From Bacillota bacterium (GTDB lineage Bacteria; Bacillota; Dethiobacteria; DTU022; UBA8154): a stretch of DNA of 40,953 nucleotides. The translations under genes were made by a program, and so were the position numbers. Location: positions 1 to 40,953 of the forward strand of contig JAAZMI010000039.1 of NCBI GenBank assembly GCA_012798895.1. Direction: 5' to 3'. Position 1 is the first letter of the stretch, and the number at the start of each line of letters is the position of its first letter. The notes beneath the pieces were generated by a model. It saw only the letters and a list, made by a program, of their open reading frames with translations. It was not told the DNA's origin and searched no databases. This document shows positions 1 to 8,021 of this stretch, piece after piece.

Positions 1-113
1 CGGAACTTGGCGTTGCACTCCTGGCAAAAGTTGCCCGATGGCCGCTTGGTCGGGCAGGTCACCTGAAGCCGGAGCTGGGCCGTAGAACTCTCTGAGCTGA
101 ACTTGGAGCTCAC
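1..113 (-). CDS. possible N-terminal fragment of a small zinc-ribbon protein (runs off window edge)
   Basis: Minus-strand frame is open from GTG at 113-111 (AAGGA 4 nt upstream) to the window edge. It translates MSSKFSSESSTAQLRLQVTCPTKRPSGNFCQECNAKF, with a CP and a CxxC pair. Too short for the ORF track and no family recognised. Confidence 0.2.
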   Translation of the reverse strand, partial: MSSKFSSESSTAQLRLQVTCPTKRPSGNFCQECNAKF

Positions 114-121
114 TACATCCT

Positions 122-925
122 TCACCACCTATTGAAGTGCAAAATCGCCTCCAACACCCCTCCCCCGACAGCCCTCGCTTTATCCGAAATAGTAAGGTAA
201 TCAATATCCCTGCCCCGCGGATCGATATCCCCCACCTTCATCCCCTCCCAGACCTCCAGTCCGGGATAGAGCAGTCCACGGAGCAAACCATCTATCTCTG
301 CCCGCAGGGGAACAGTGCCAATCATGGCAATAATATCGCCCTTGCGGACCAGATCGCCCAATTCCTTCCGGGGATTAAATTTCCCCGCAGCCGGGGCCCT
401 AAGCAGTCTTTCCCGGGCAAAGCCGCCGATCTCACCGGGAGTGCCCGTATTCGGTGCCGCGTTTCCAGCATAGTAAACCTTGCCCAGATCATGGCCCCGC
501 TTTGTTTCAATTACAGCATGGACATCCTCCCCTGCCACAAAACCCGGCCCAAGCCCAATTACTAAAGGCGCCTTATCCTTGGTGGTCCCTGTATTTTTCT
601 TTGCCAGTATGGCATCGATAAAAATATCCGGTTCCCATTCTTGCCGCGTATCTTCATCCGGATCGATAATAACGGGAATCAGACCCCTTGCCAGCAGCTC
701 CCCGGCCTCTTCCATTCCTTGGCAAAGTTTCGCCTCCACATCTTCTACCTTCATCCTGCCGGCATAAACAGCAGTAGCATAAGCCACGCTGCGCCGGACA
801 ACCAAAGGTTTTGCCAGCTCCAACATAATCGTATTAAATCCGGCCCGGTACAAGCGGTGAGCAACCCCGCTGGCAAGATCCCCGGCGCCTTTAATCAATA
901 CTTTACGGGGTAGTTTTCTTGGCAT
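122..925 (-). CDS. yqeB: selenium-dependent molybdenum hydroxylase system accessory protein, YqeB family
   Basis: 267 aa. The N-terminus VLIKGAGDLASGVAHRLYRAGF..VVRRSVAYATAVYAG matches my memory of the YqeB/XdhC-like Rossmann family. ATG start with AAGGAG 10 nt upstream. Confidence 0.7.
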   Translation of the reverse strand: MPRKLPRKVLIKGAGDLASGVAHRLYRAGFNTIMLELAKPLVVRRSVAYATAVYAGRMKVEDVEAKLCQGMEEAGELLARGLIPVIIDPDEDTRQEWEPDIFIDAILAKKNTGTTKDKAPLVIGLGPGFVAGEDVHAVIETKRGHDLGKVYYAGNAAPNTGTPGEIGGFARERLLRAPAAGKFNPRKELGDLVRKGDIIAMIGTVPLRAEIDGLLRGLLYPGLEVWEGMKVGDIDPRGRDIDYLTISDKARAVGGGVLEAILHFNRW

Positions 926-1126
926 CTTATTTTAACTCCTTCAGTTCCAAGTAAATATTACATTTTCACCATTTTAACACTAATAACAACTACAAGCAAA
1001 GAATATTTTAAGTCTTTCTGAAAAAGGATTCCAGCCTTTTTTATAGAAATGATTTCATATGCCCACTTATTGTACTTCTCTTTAAAGATGTTTTTTTAGA
1101 AAATAACTATTAAAAGGAAGAATGCA

Positions 1127-2275
1127 ATGTATATCAGTAAATTTGTGGCCCCGGAGATAATCTTTGGCAAGGGGTCCCTGGACCAGGTAGGTGAATGCTG
1201 CAAACGGGTCGGTGCCTCCCGAGTGTTTCTGGTTGCTGATCGGGGGGTCATGGAGGCAGAGTGGGTAGAAAGAGCTCTTCCTTTTCTCCAAGACGAAGGC
1301 CTGCATTACCAGATCTGGTCTGATTTCTCCCCTAACCCTAAAGATTTTGAGGTCGAGGAGGGTGCCCTGCTTTACCTGAAAACAAAATGTGATGTGGTTT
1401 TGGCTATTGGTGGCGGCAGCACTATTGATGCCGCCAAGGCAGTAGCAATTTTATCTACCAACAAGGGCAAAATTCAGGATTATGAAGGAATTGACCTGAT
1501 TAACAGCCCCCTGCCGCCTCTGGTTGTGGTCCCCTCTACAGCCGGTTCGGGATCGGAGGTTTCCCAGTTTTCTATCATTGTGGACAGCAAGCGTAAAATC
1601 AAGATGACGATTATCTCCAAATCACTTATCCCGGACATTGCTATCTCCGATCCACTAATCCTTTCCACCATCAACAGCCGGATTACCTCTTCTACCGGCA
1701 TGGAGGCTTTAAGTCATGCCATCGAAGCTTTCCTTTCGTTGGCGGCAACAGATCTGACCGATGTTCATGCCCTGCATGCTATTAAGCTTATCTCGGCCAA
1801 CTTGCGGGCCTCCGTAGCCAGTCAGGTAAACGAAAGGGCTAAGGTAGCAATGGCTATCGCCAGTCTGCAAGCCGGGTTGGCCTTCTCCAACGCCGTTTTG
1901 GGCCTGGTTCACGCCATGAGCCATCAAGTAGGAGGTCTTTTAGATCTTCCCATCGGCACGATCAGTGCTGTTTTACTGCCTTATGTTCTACGCTTCAATT
2001 TAATTTCCTCCATGGACAAATATGTAGATATCGCCAGAGCATTGGGGGCCAATGTAGACCACATAACGCCGCGAGAGGCTGCAAATAAAGCGATCACCAT
2101 GATCCAAGAACTTGCTTCAGATTTAAAAATTCCCTCCGGGTTATCTGAACTGGGTTTACCTGAAGAAAGCATCCCCGAATTAAGCAAAAACGCGATCAAG
2201 GATGCCTGTTTCATTACCAATCCCAGAGAAGCCAACGCAGAAGATATAATGGAAATTTTCTTTACTGCTCTTTAG
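1127..2275 (+). CDS. iron-containing (group III) alcohol dehydrogenase
   Basis: 382 aa. Has the GGGS(T)IDAAK nucleotide-binding motif and the metal-ligand histidines (HAIEAF, HAMSHQVGG). AAAGGAAG SD 6 nt upstream of the ATG. Confidence 0.85.
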   Translation: MYISKFVAPEIIFGKGSLDQVGECCKRVGASRVFLVADRGVMEAEWVERALPFLQDEGLHYQIWSDFSPNPKDFEVEEGALLYLKTKCDVVLAIGGGSTIDAAKAVAILSTNKGKIQDYEGIDLINSPLPPLVVVPSTAGSGSEVSQFSIIVDSKRKIKMTIISKSLIPDIAISDPLILSTINSRITSSTGMEALSHAIEAFLSLAATDLTDVHALHAIKLISANLRASVASQVNERAKVAMAIASLQAGLAFSNAVLGLVHAMSHQVGGLLDLPIGTISAVLLPYVLRFNLISSMDKYVDIARALGANVDHITPREAANKAITMIQELASDLKIPSGLSELGLPEESIPELSKNAIKDACFITNPREANAEDIMEIFFTAL

Positions 2276-2310
2276 TTTTCCAATCATACCTAAAAAGGGG
2301 AAAATTAATA

Positions 2311-4050
2311 ATGGTTATTGAAAACAAAGCAATGCTCATCGAAAAATTAACCGGGATCCACAGTTCCAAAAAATCATATTATGTGGAGCTAAAAGAAAAA
2401 ATTGAAGAGGTATCCAAAAGAAATATCCAGCTGGAGATCATTAACCAGCTGGCTAAAAGCATGGGCATAGATATGTCCTTCCGGGAGATAGTGGAAAACG
2501 TAATTCCTAAGATGCAAGCCCTGGTTTACTTTGATTATCTTACCCTTTATATCGTTTTAAAAGACGGTCTAATTAACCGTGTTATTTTTCAAACTGATGA
2601 CAAGAAAAATAATAAAATTCAGGATACCTTTTTTAAAAACGAACAGCTGCAGAGATCTTCCAACAGCAAGGATGAAGATACCGGTTCCGCCCTTTGGTTC
2701 GTACTCAATGAAAACAAACCTCTGCTGCAGAAAAATATCTCTAAAAAAGGATGCACTTTTCCCGAGGATCTTAAGCTGGTAAAACAAGGGATTACATCCA
2801 AAATATTGATCCCCCTCGTGGCCAAGGAAAAGGTAATCGGCGTCCTGGAAGTGGCCAGCAAAAGGGAGTTTGATTCCAACGATCTTCCCTTTTTGGAACA
2901 GGTTGCCGACCAGCTTTCTTTCTGCCTGGAGAATATTCGCCTCTATAATGAGCTTTGGCAACATAAACAGGAATGGGAGATCACTTTTTCGGCTGTAACC
3001 GATCTTCTCGTCTTTATCAACCAGGATAAAGAAATTCAGAAAGTAAATAAAGCTGCCTTGGATTTCTTTACTATGAGTGAAAAAGATATTTTGGGGCAAA
3101 AATGTTATTCTCTTTTTTATGGCCGTGAAACTCCATGTAACCCCTGCCTGGGCGAACAGGTGCTGCAGGAGAAAAAATCTGCCTACCAGCAGACTCGAAC
3201 CCGCCATTACCGCGTCCTGGATATCTTTGCATATCCCGCCTTTACATTGAAAGGCGAACCCTATGGCGTTACATACTACGCCAAGGATGTAACACGTTTT
3301 GTCGATTCTATTAAATTTGCCTCCCTTGGGGAGATGTCTGCCGGGGTCGCCCATGAATTAAACAGCCCTTTAACTGCTATTGTCGGCAATTCACAGTTGC
3401 TTCTGCGTGAAACACCGTCGTCCAGTCCCCATTATCAGTTGATCTCCGATATACAGTCGTGTGGGGTGCGTTGCCAGCGTATCATCCAGAATCTCTTAAC
3501 TTTTTCGCGTCAAGACGAATTCTCCTTTGAAGAGATCGATCTGAACCAAGTCATTAAAAAAGCCTTTTCGCTGGTTTCTTACCAAATTGAAAAAGATAAG
3601 GTCGATCTGATCCAGAAATATGACCCGGCCCCCCTCTATATCACTGGCAATTCCCAGGGGTTAGAACAGATAATTGTAAATCTGCTGCTTAACGCCAGGG
3701 ATGCCATTGAGAAAAAAAACCAGAATGAAGAAACGCCGGAAAAAGGAGAAGTTGTTATCTCTACAAGGATACAACCGGAGAAATATGTTGCCATAGATAT
3801 TATCGATAATGGTTGCGGGATTGATGCTGATAAAATCCCTCTAATCTTCAACCCCTTTAATACCACGAAAAAGGCCGGCAAGGGAACAGGGCTGGGCCTT
3901 TCGGTAAGCCTGGGCATAGCTCAGGCACATGGAGGATTTATCGATGTGGAAAGTATTCCCGGCAAGGGAAGCACTTTTAGCTTGATCCTCCCCCTTGACC
4001 GGCAAAAAAAGATAAACAACGGGACAATGATTACTGCCAATCCAATCTAA
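2311..4050 (+). CDS. cytoplasmic sensor histidine kinase (GAF-like + PAS + HisKA + HATPase_c)
   Basis: 579 aa. H-box AGVAHELNSPL, N-box NLLLNARDA, G1 DNGCGI, G2 GTGLGLS. No obvious transmembrane segment. Begins 36 nt after the adh stop. Confidence 0.85.
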   Translation: MVIENKAMLIEKLTGIHSSKKSYYVELKEKIEEVSKRNIQLEIINQLAKSMGIDMSFREIVENVIPKMQALVYFDYLTLYIVLKDGLINRVIFQTDDKKNNKIQDTFFKNEQLQRSSNSKDEDTGSALWFVLNENKPLLQKNISKKGCTFPEDLKLVKQGITSKILIPLVAKEKVIGVLEVASKREFDSNDLPFLEQVADQLSFCLENIRLYNELWQHKQEWEITFSAVTDLLVFINQDKEIQKVNKAALDFFTMSEKDILGQKCYSLFYGRETPCNPCLGEQVLQEKKSAYQQTRTRHYRVLDIFAYPAFTLKGEPYGVTYYAKDVTRFVDSIKFASLGEMSAGVAHELNSPLTAIVGNSQLLLRETPSSSPHYQLISDIQSCGVRCQRIIQNLLTFSRQDEFSFEEIDLNQVIKKAFSLVSYQIEKDKVDLIQKYDPAPLYITGNSQGLEQIIVNLLLNARDAIEKKNQNEETPEKGEVVISTRIQPEKYVAIDIIDNGCGIDADKIPLIFNPFNTTKKAGKGTGLGLSVSLGIAQAHGGFIDVESIPGKGSTFSLILPLDRQKKINNGTMITANPI

Positions 4051-4080
4051 AATACAAAGCGGCTTTGGAGGAATGCATGC

Positions 4081-5688
4081 ATGTTGGCAAACCCCCTTTT
4101 TTTGGTAGTTGATGACGAGCAAGAAGTCTGCAATTTTTTTTCCTACCTCTTGAAAAGTAAAGGTTACGCAGTCGAGACGGCCAACACAGGACAAGAAACC
4201 TTGGCCAAGCTGGAGGCTTTTCGTTTTAACGCTGCTTTAGTAGATTTAAAACTGCCCGATAGCGATGGCCTTACTCTCCTAAAAGAGATCAAAAAGCAAC
4301 AGCCTGCCTGCGAAGTGATCATTATTACAGGCTATTCCACCGTCAAATCGGCTGTAGAGGCTATTCAGCTCGGCGCTTTTGATTATGTAGAAAAACCCTT
4401 TGTGGATATTGAGGAGATGGAAAAGTTAATCGATAAAACGCTGAACGTACGGGCTGAACTGGAAGAGATGAGCAGCTCTTTGCAAGAATTTGGCTTTGTT
4501 GTCGGCCAAAGTCCTAAAATGCTCAGTCTGGTCGTGGCTGCCCAAAAAATTGCTAAGAAAAATATTACAGTTTTAATTCAGGGGGATACAGGCACGGGAA
4601 AAGAGGTTCTCGCCAGGTATATTCATGCCGTCAGCCACCGCAAGGATCAGCCCTTTTTGGCCTTTAACTGCGGCGCTTTTACAGAAACTATTCTGGAAAG
4701 TGAACTTTTCGGCCATGAAAAGGGTTCCTTTACAGGTGCCCACAGCAGAAAAAAGGGCATCTTTGAACTGGCGCATAAAGCCACCCTATTTCTCGACGAG
4801 ATAGATTCCGCCAGCCCGTCTATCCAGGTTAAATTGTTACGCGTTTTGGAAACAGGTGAATTTTTCAGGGTGGGAGGCGAAGAGCTGGTCAAGATCGATG
4901 TCCGTGTCATCGCCGCTACCAATGCCGATCTGCAAACCAAGGTGGAAGATAATTTATTTCGGGAGGATCTCTTCTACCGCCTGGACGTTGCCTCATTATA
5001 CATTCCCCCTTTAGCAGAGAGGGCGGAGGATATCCCGCTTTTCGTAAACTACTTTCTAGAAAAAGAAACTACGGCCAAGGGGAACATACCCAAACGCTTC
5101 AGCCCGGAAGCTTTGAAAGTTATTAAAAAATATAACTGGCCCGGCAACATTAGGGAGTTGGCCAATACAGTAGCACAATCTGTCCTGATGAGCAACAGCA
5201 CAATTATCACTCTGGCCGATCTGCCATCCCGCATCAAACAAAGGTATGCTGATATTGTAGCCGGTTCTGCACCTGATACTGCCACTCCGGTATCGACTGT
5301 AAGTATAGAACAAAAAAGCGACAGCCTTGCTGCCGGCACAGAAAAAATTTCAAAAACCAAACAGATTGAACCACCTCAAATTGAACCATCGCCCCCCACT
5401 ACAGAACCTATCGCTGAACCCGTTACCGATTTTTTAAGGTTTCATCCTTATGGAAAAGATCTATATAACATGTTGGCACAATTTGAAAAAGTTTTTCTGG
5501 AGAGCCTGGATCCGGAACAAGAATTCGACCTAAGCATTTTGCAAGATGATCTTCAGGAATGGTGCAACCATGTAGTTAAACAAACCATTAACCAGACCCT
5601 GGAAGCTACTTACGGCAGCCAGACCAAAGCCGCTGAACTGCTGGGTGTTACTCCTCGTGCTCTCCGCTATTATTTAAGAGAAAAGTAA
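4081..5688 (+). CDS. sigma-54-dependent response regulator (REC + AAA+ enhancer-binding domain + Fis-type HTH)
   Basis: 535 aa. REC domain (LVVDDE, VDLKLPD), Walker A GDTGTGKE, GAFTGA variant GSFTGA, Walker B LFLDEI, C-terminal HTH AAELLGVTPRALRYYL. A Pro/Glu-rich linker (QIEPPQIEPSPPTTEP) precedes the HTH. GGAGGA SD 8 nt upstream. Confidence 0.9.
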   Translation: MLANPLFLVVDDEQEVCNFFSYLLKSKGYAVETANTGQETLAKLEAFRFNAALVDLKLPDSDGLTLLKEIKKQQPACEVIIITGYSTVKSAVEAIQLGAFDYVEKPFVDIEEMEKLIDKTLNVRAELEEMSSSLQEFGFVVGQSPKMLSLVVAAQKIAKKNITVLIQGDTGTGKEVLARYIHAVSHRKDQPFLAFNCGAFTETILESELFGHEKGSFTGAHSRKKGIFELAHKATLFLDEIDSASPSIQVKLLRVLETGEFFRVGGEELVKIDVRVIAATNADLQTKVEDNLFREDLFYRLDVASLYIPPLAERAEDIPLFVNYFLEKETTAKGNIPKRFSPEALKVIKKYNWPGNIRELANTVAQSVLMSNSTIITLADLPSRIKQRYADIVAGSAPDTATPVSTVSIEQKSDSLAAGTEKISKTKQIEPPQIEPSPPTTEPIAEPVTDFLRFHPYGKDLYNMLAQFEKVFLESLDPEQEFDLSILQDDLQEWCNHVVKQTINQTLEATYGSQTKAAELLGVTPRALRYYLREK

Positions 5689-5721
5689 CCATTCAAAACA
5701 TGAAGATCTCCCTTCTATAGC

Positions 5722-5766
5722 TAAAAAAATAAACCCTTCTTTAATTTTAAACCTTAAGGAAGGGTT
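5722..5766 (-). terminator. rho-independent terminator after tRNA-Gly (minus strand); hairpin shared with the convergent response-regulator gene
   Basis: AACCCTTC (5732-5739) pairs with GAAGGGTT (5759-5766). On the minus strand the hairpin is followed by TATTTTTTT (plus-strand A-run 5723-5729). Confidence 0.6.
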
Positions 5767-5793
5767 CTCTTCTGCAGCCTCTTAGCGTTGTAG

Positions 5794-5867
5794 TGGAGCG
5801 GGTGATGGGAATCGAACCCACGTAGCTGGCTTGGGAAGCCAGAGCTCTACCATTGAGCTACACCCGC
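5794..5867 (-). tRNA. tRNA-Gly (anticodon CCC)
   Basis: The reverse complement reads GCGGGTGTAGCTCAATGGTAGAGCTCTGGCTTCCCAAGCCAGCTACGTGGGTTCGATTCCCATCACCCGCTCCA. It has a 7-bp acceptor stem, D arm GCTC/GAGC, anticodon stem CTGGC/GCCAG with loop TTCCCAA, T arm GTGGG/CCCAT with TTCGATT loop, and an encoded CCA. Confidence 0.95.
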
Positions 5868-6547
5868 CTGATTTTTAGATAACGTTCCAGTTTACGCTTG
5901 ACCCTTTGCAGAGCATTATCGATCGATTTAACGTGCCTGTTCAGCTCCATGGCGATCTCCTGGTATGATTTCCCTTCCAGGTAGAGCATGAGGACGCGTC
6001 GTTCCAACTCGCTGAGTATCTCACTGATCTTATATTCAATATCGTTGTATTCTTCACGGTTAATCATCAACTCTTCCGGATCCGTCACCTTCGTGCCAGA
6101 GAGAACGTCGAGCAGGGTGCGGTCCGAATCCTCATCATAGATAGGCTTATTCAAAGAAACATAAGAATTAAGCGGTATGTGTTTCTGACGGGTAGCCGTT
6201 TTAATCGCCGTGATAATCTGCCGGGTAATACAAAGTTCCGCAAAAGCACGAAAAGAAGAAAGTTTATGGCCTTTAAAATCCCTGATTGCTTTATATAAGC
6301 CGATCATGCCCTCTTGAATAATATCCTCACGATCTGCACCAATTAAAAAATAAGACCTCGCCTTAGCCTTTACAAAATTTTTATACTTGTTAATTAAGTA
6401 CTCTAAAGCGCCGCCGTCTCCTTTTTTGGCTTCCACAACAACTTCTTCATCAGCCCTTAGTTCATAATCTTCGATTTTTAGAAAACCAGTGCTTAAACAG
6501 GCTTCTTTGTCCCCTAACAAATTCTGCGACGGCAAGACCACATACAT
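5858..6547 (-). CDS. sigH: RNA polymerase sporulation sigma factor SigH
   Basis: Near-collinear with B. subtilis SigH as I remember it (YFLIGADREDIIQEGMIGLYKAIRDF, ITRQIITAIKTATRQKHIPLN, RHVKSIDNALQRVKRKLERYL). The start may instead be GTG at 6541, because GGAGG sits only 2 nt from the ATG at 6547. Confidence 0.9.
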   Translation of the reverse strand: MYVVLPSQNLLGDKEACLSTGFLKIEDYELRADEEVVVEAKKGDGGALEYLINKYKNFVKAKARSYFLIGADREDIIQEGMIGLYKAIRDFKGHKLSSFRAFAELCITRQIITAIKTATRQKHIPLNSYVSLNKPIYDEDSDRTLLDVLSGTKVTDPEELMINREEYNDIEYKISEILSELERRVLMLYLEGKSYQEIAMELNRHVKSIDNALQRVKRKLERYLKIRRV

Positions 6548-6611
6548 CGCCTCCGTTGAGTTTTTGAGGACATTCCCTTTAGATTAATTATATCGTATGC
6601 CTTGATCAGCG

Positions 6612-7370
6612 TCAAGTCTTCTGGCCTTTTTGCTTCCGCCGTTGGGCAAAAGCCTCATAAATGATAATACTTCCGGCGACGGCAACATTTAACGAAGATA
6701 TACGGCCCGCCAGGGGGATATGTACTAAAAAATCGCATTTTTGTCGGAGCAATCTAGAAAGGCCCTTGCCTTCACTGCCCAACAGCAGAACAAGCGGGAG
6801 GTTGAAATCAGCATCAAAATAAGGAAGATCCGCCGACATATCTGCTCCGGCCAGCCAAAAACCCTCTTTTTTTAAGTAGTCCATCTCCCGGGCCAGATTT
6901 ACCGTCCGGGCCAGGGGGATATGTGCCGCAGCACCCGCCGAGCTCTTAAATACTGCCGGCGTTACCCCGCAGGCCCGATCCCGGGGAATAATTACACCAT
7001 CGAGGCCGGCCGCATCAGCGGTCCGTAAAAGTGATCCGAAATTTTGCGGATCTTGAAGGTGATCCAGGAGCAGCAGAAAAGGGTGTCCTTGTTTTGCGCG
7101 GGCGTTCTGCAGCAGATCGGCAACAGTTAGATAGGTAAACGGTTCCATCCGGGCCACCACTCCCTGGTGCCTCTGCCCCGGGGCCTGTGAATCGATAAAG
7201 GCACGGCTTATTCGCTCTACCGGAACATCGTTTTGCCGGGCCTTTCGTTTAAGTTTGTCAATAATGGAACCACGGGCCCCTTCCTGCAAAAAAATTTTAA
7301 CCAGGGGCAGACCGCTTTGCAGGGCCTCCAAGATTGGGTGACGGCCCCAGATAAGATCATGCTTCTTCAT
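6612..7370 (-). CDS. rlmB: 23S rRNA (guanosine-2'-O)-methyltransferase, RlmB/SpoU family
   Basis: SpoU/TrmH motifs (PQNFGSLLRTA, LLLGSEGKGLS, IPLAGRISSLNVAVA). The ORF track starts at GTG 7388. I prefer ATG 7370 (MKKHDLIWGRHP), which has GGTGGTGA upstream. Confidence 0.85.
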   Translation of the reverse strand: MKKHDLIWGRHPILEALQSGLPLVKIFLQEGARGSIIDKLKRKARQNDVPVERISRAFIDSQAPGQRHQGVVARMEPFTYLTVADLLQNARAKQGHPFLLLLDHLQDPQNFGSLLRTADAAGLDGVIIPRDRACGVTPAVFKSSAGAAAHIPLARTVNLAREMDYLKKEGFWLAGADMSADLPYFDADFNLPLVLLLGSEGKGLSRLLRQKCDFLVHIPLAGRISSLNVAVAGSIIIYEAFAQRRKQKGQKT

Positions 7371-8001
7371 GCGACCCGGATTCACCACCTTTTAAAACAA
7401 ATTCCTGAAAGATGGAAAAAGACCAGGGGGCAACTGTTGATACTATCTCCAGTATAGCCCGGGCGTAAGCACGAATCTCCCGCTGCGCCTGCCTGCTTGT
7501 CCGCAACAATAAGAAGTTCATTAAAGAACTGCCATTTACCGTCCAATAGAAGCGGGTATAGATACCTATCGGCAAGATGGCACGGGCCGCTTCCCGGCGT
7601 AGGCTGTGACGGCTAATCATCTGTTCGTAAAGAGTAAAAGTTTCCTCCTGATGCTCCCTCCATTCATCCCTCAACTTTGCCGGTAACCCTTCCGGCACGA
7701 AATATTCCCTTTCTGCCACGCAATAACGCAGCGATTCTTCATTGAAAGAACCCATGCGGTGCCTAAACCACTGCCTAGCTACAAAAAGGGGACATTTAAT
7801 ATCGAAAGTAAAAACCATGGCTTCAAAAGGGGTCTTGTGCCCTTTGAGCAGCAGATGTTTCAAAAGTTTGCGATCGCTTTCCGTACCTTTGGAAGCACTC
7901 CGCCAACAGCGGCGGGCATTGCGAATCACGGCTTCATCGCCGCCCATCCATTCTACCAGCTCGACAAAGCCACGGTTTAAGACTTTTTTTTCCTTGTGCA
8001 T
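7357..8001 (-). CDS. thyX: FAD-dependent thymidylate synthase ThyX
   Basis: ThyX signature RHRMGSFNEESLRY (RHRxxS). The N-terminus MHKEKKVLNRGFVELVEWMG matches typical ThyX starts. The ORF-track start 8124 lies inside cysS. An alternative start is ATG 8025, in an ATGA overlap with the cysS stop. Confidence 0.9.
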   Translation of the reverse strand: MHKEKKVLNRGFVELVEWMGGDEAVIRNARRCWRSASKGTESDRKLLKHLLLKGHKTPFEAMVFTFDIKCPLFVARQWFRHRMGSFNEESLRYCVAEREYFVPEGLPAKLRDEWREHQEETFTLYEQMISRHSLRREAARAILPIGIYTRFYWTVNGSSLMNFLLLRTSRQAQREIRAYARAILEIVSTVAPWSFSIFQEFVLKGGESGSHEEA

Positions 8002-8021
8002 AACCTCTCTTAACCCTCCAT

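Noticed and set aside
920-935. Sigma-54 promoter-like TTGGCATCTTATTTTAA upstream of adh. A TGGAAT-N5-TTCAG also occurs on the opposite strand near 1027-1042.
   Set aside because: The -12 GC dinucleotide is missing in both (TTTTA and TTCAG instead of TTGCA). The first also overlaps the yqeB start codon.
2569-3354. 261-aa minus-strand ORF inside the histidine kinase gene. Similar long antisense ORFs occur at 8679-9401 (240 aa, in cysS), 16285-16887 (200 aa, across pyrD/pyrK) and 36618-37148 (176 aa, in clpC).
   Set aside because: Each lies fully antisense to a gene with unmistakable family motifs. Their products are low-complexity or Pro/Arg/Ser-rich with no recognisable domains and no SD. They are typical shadow ORFs.
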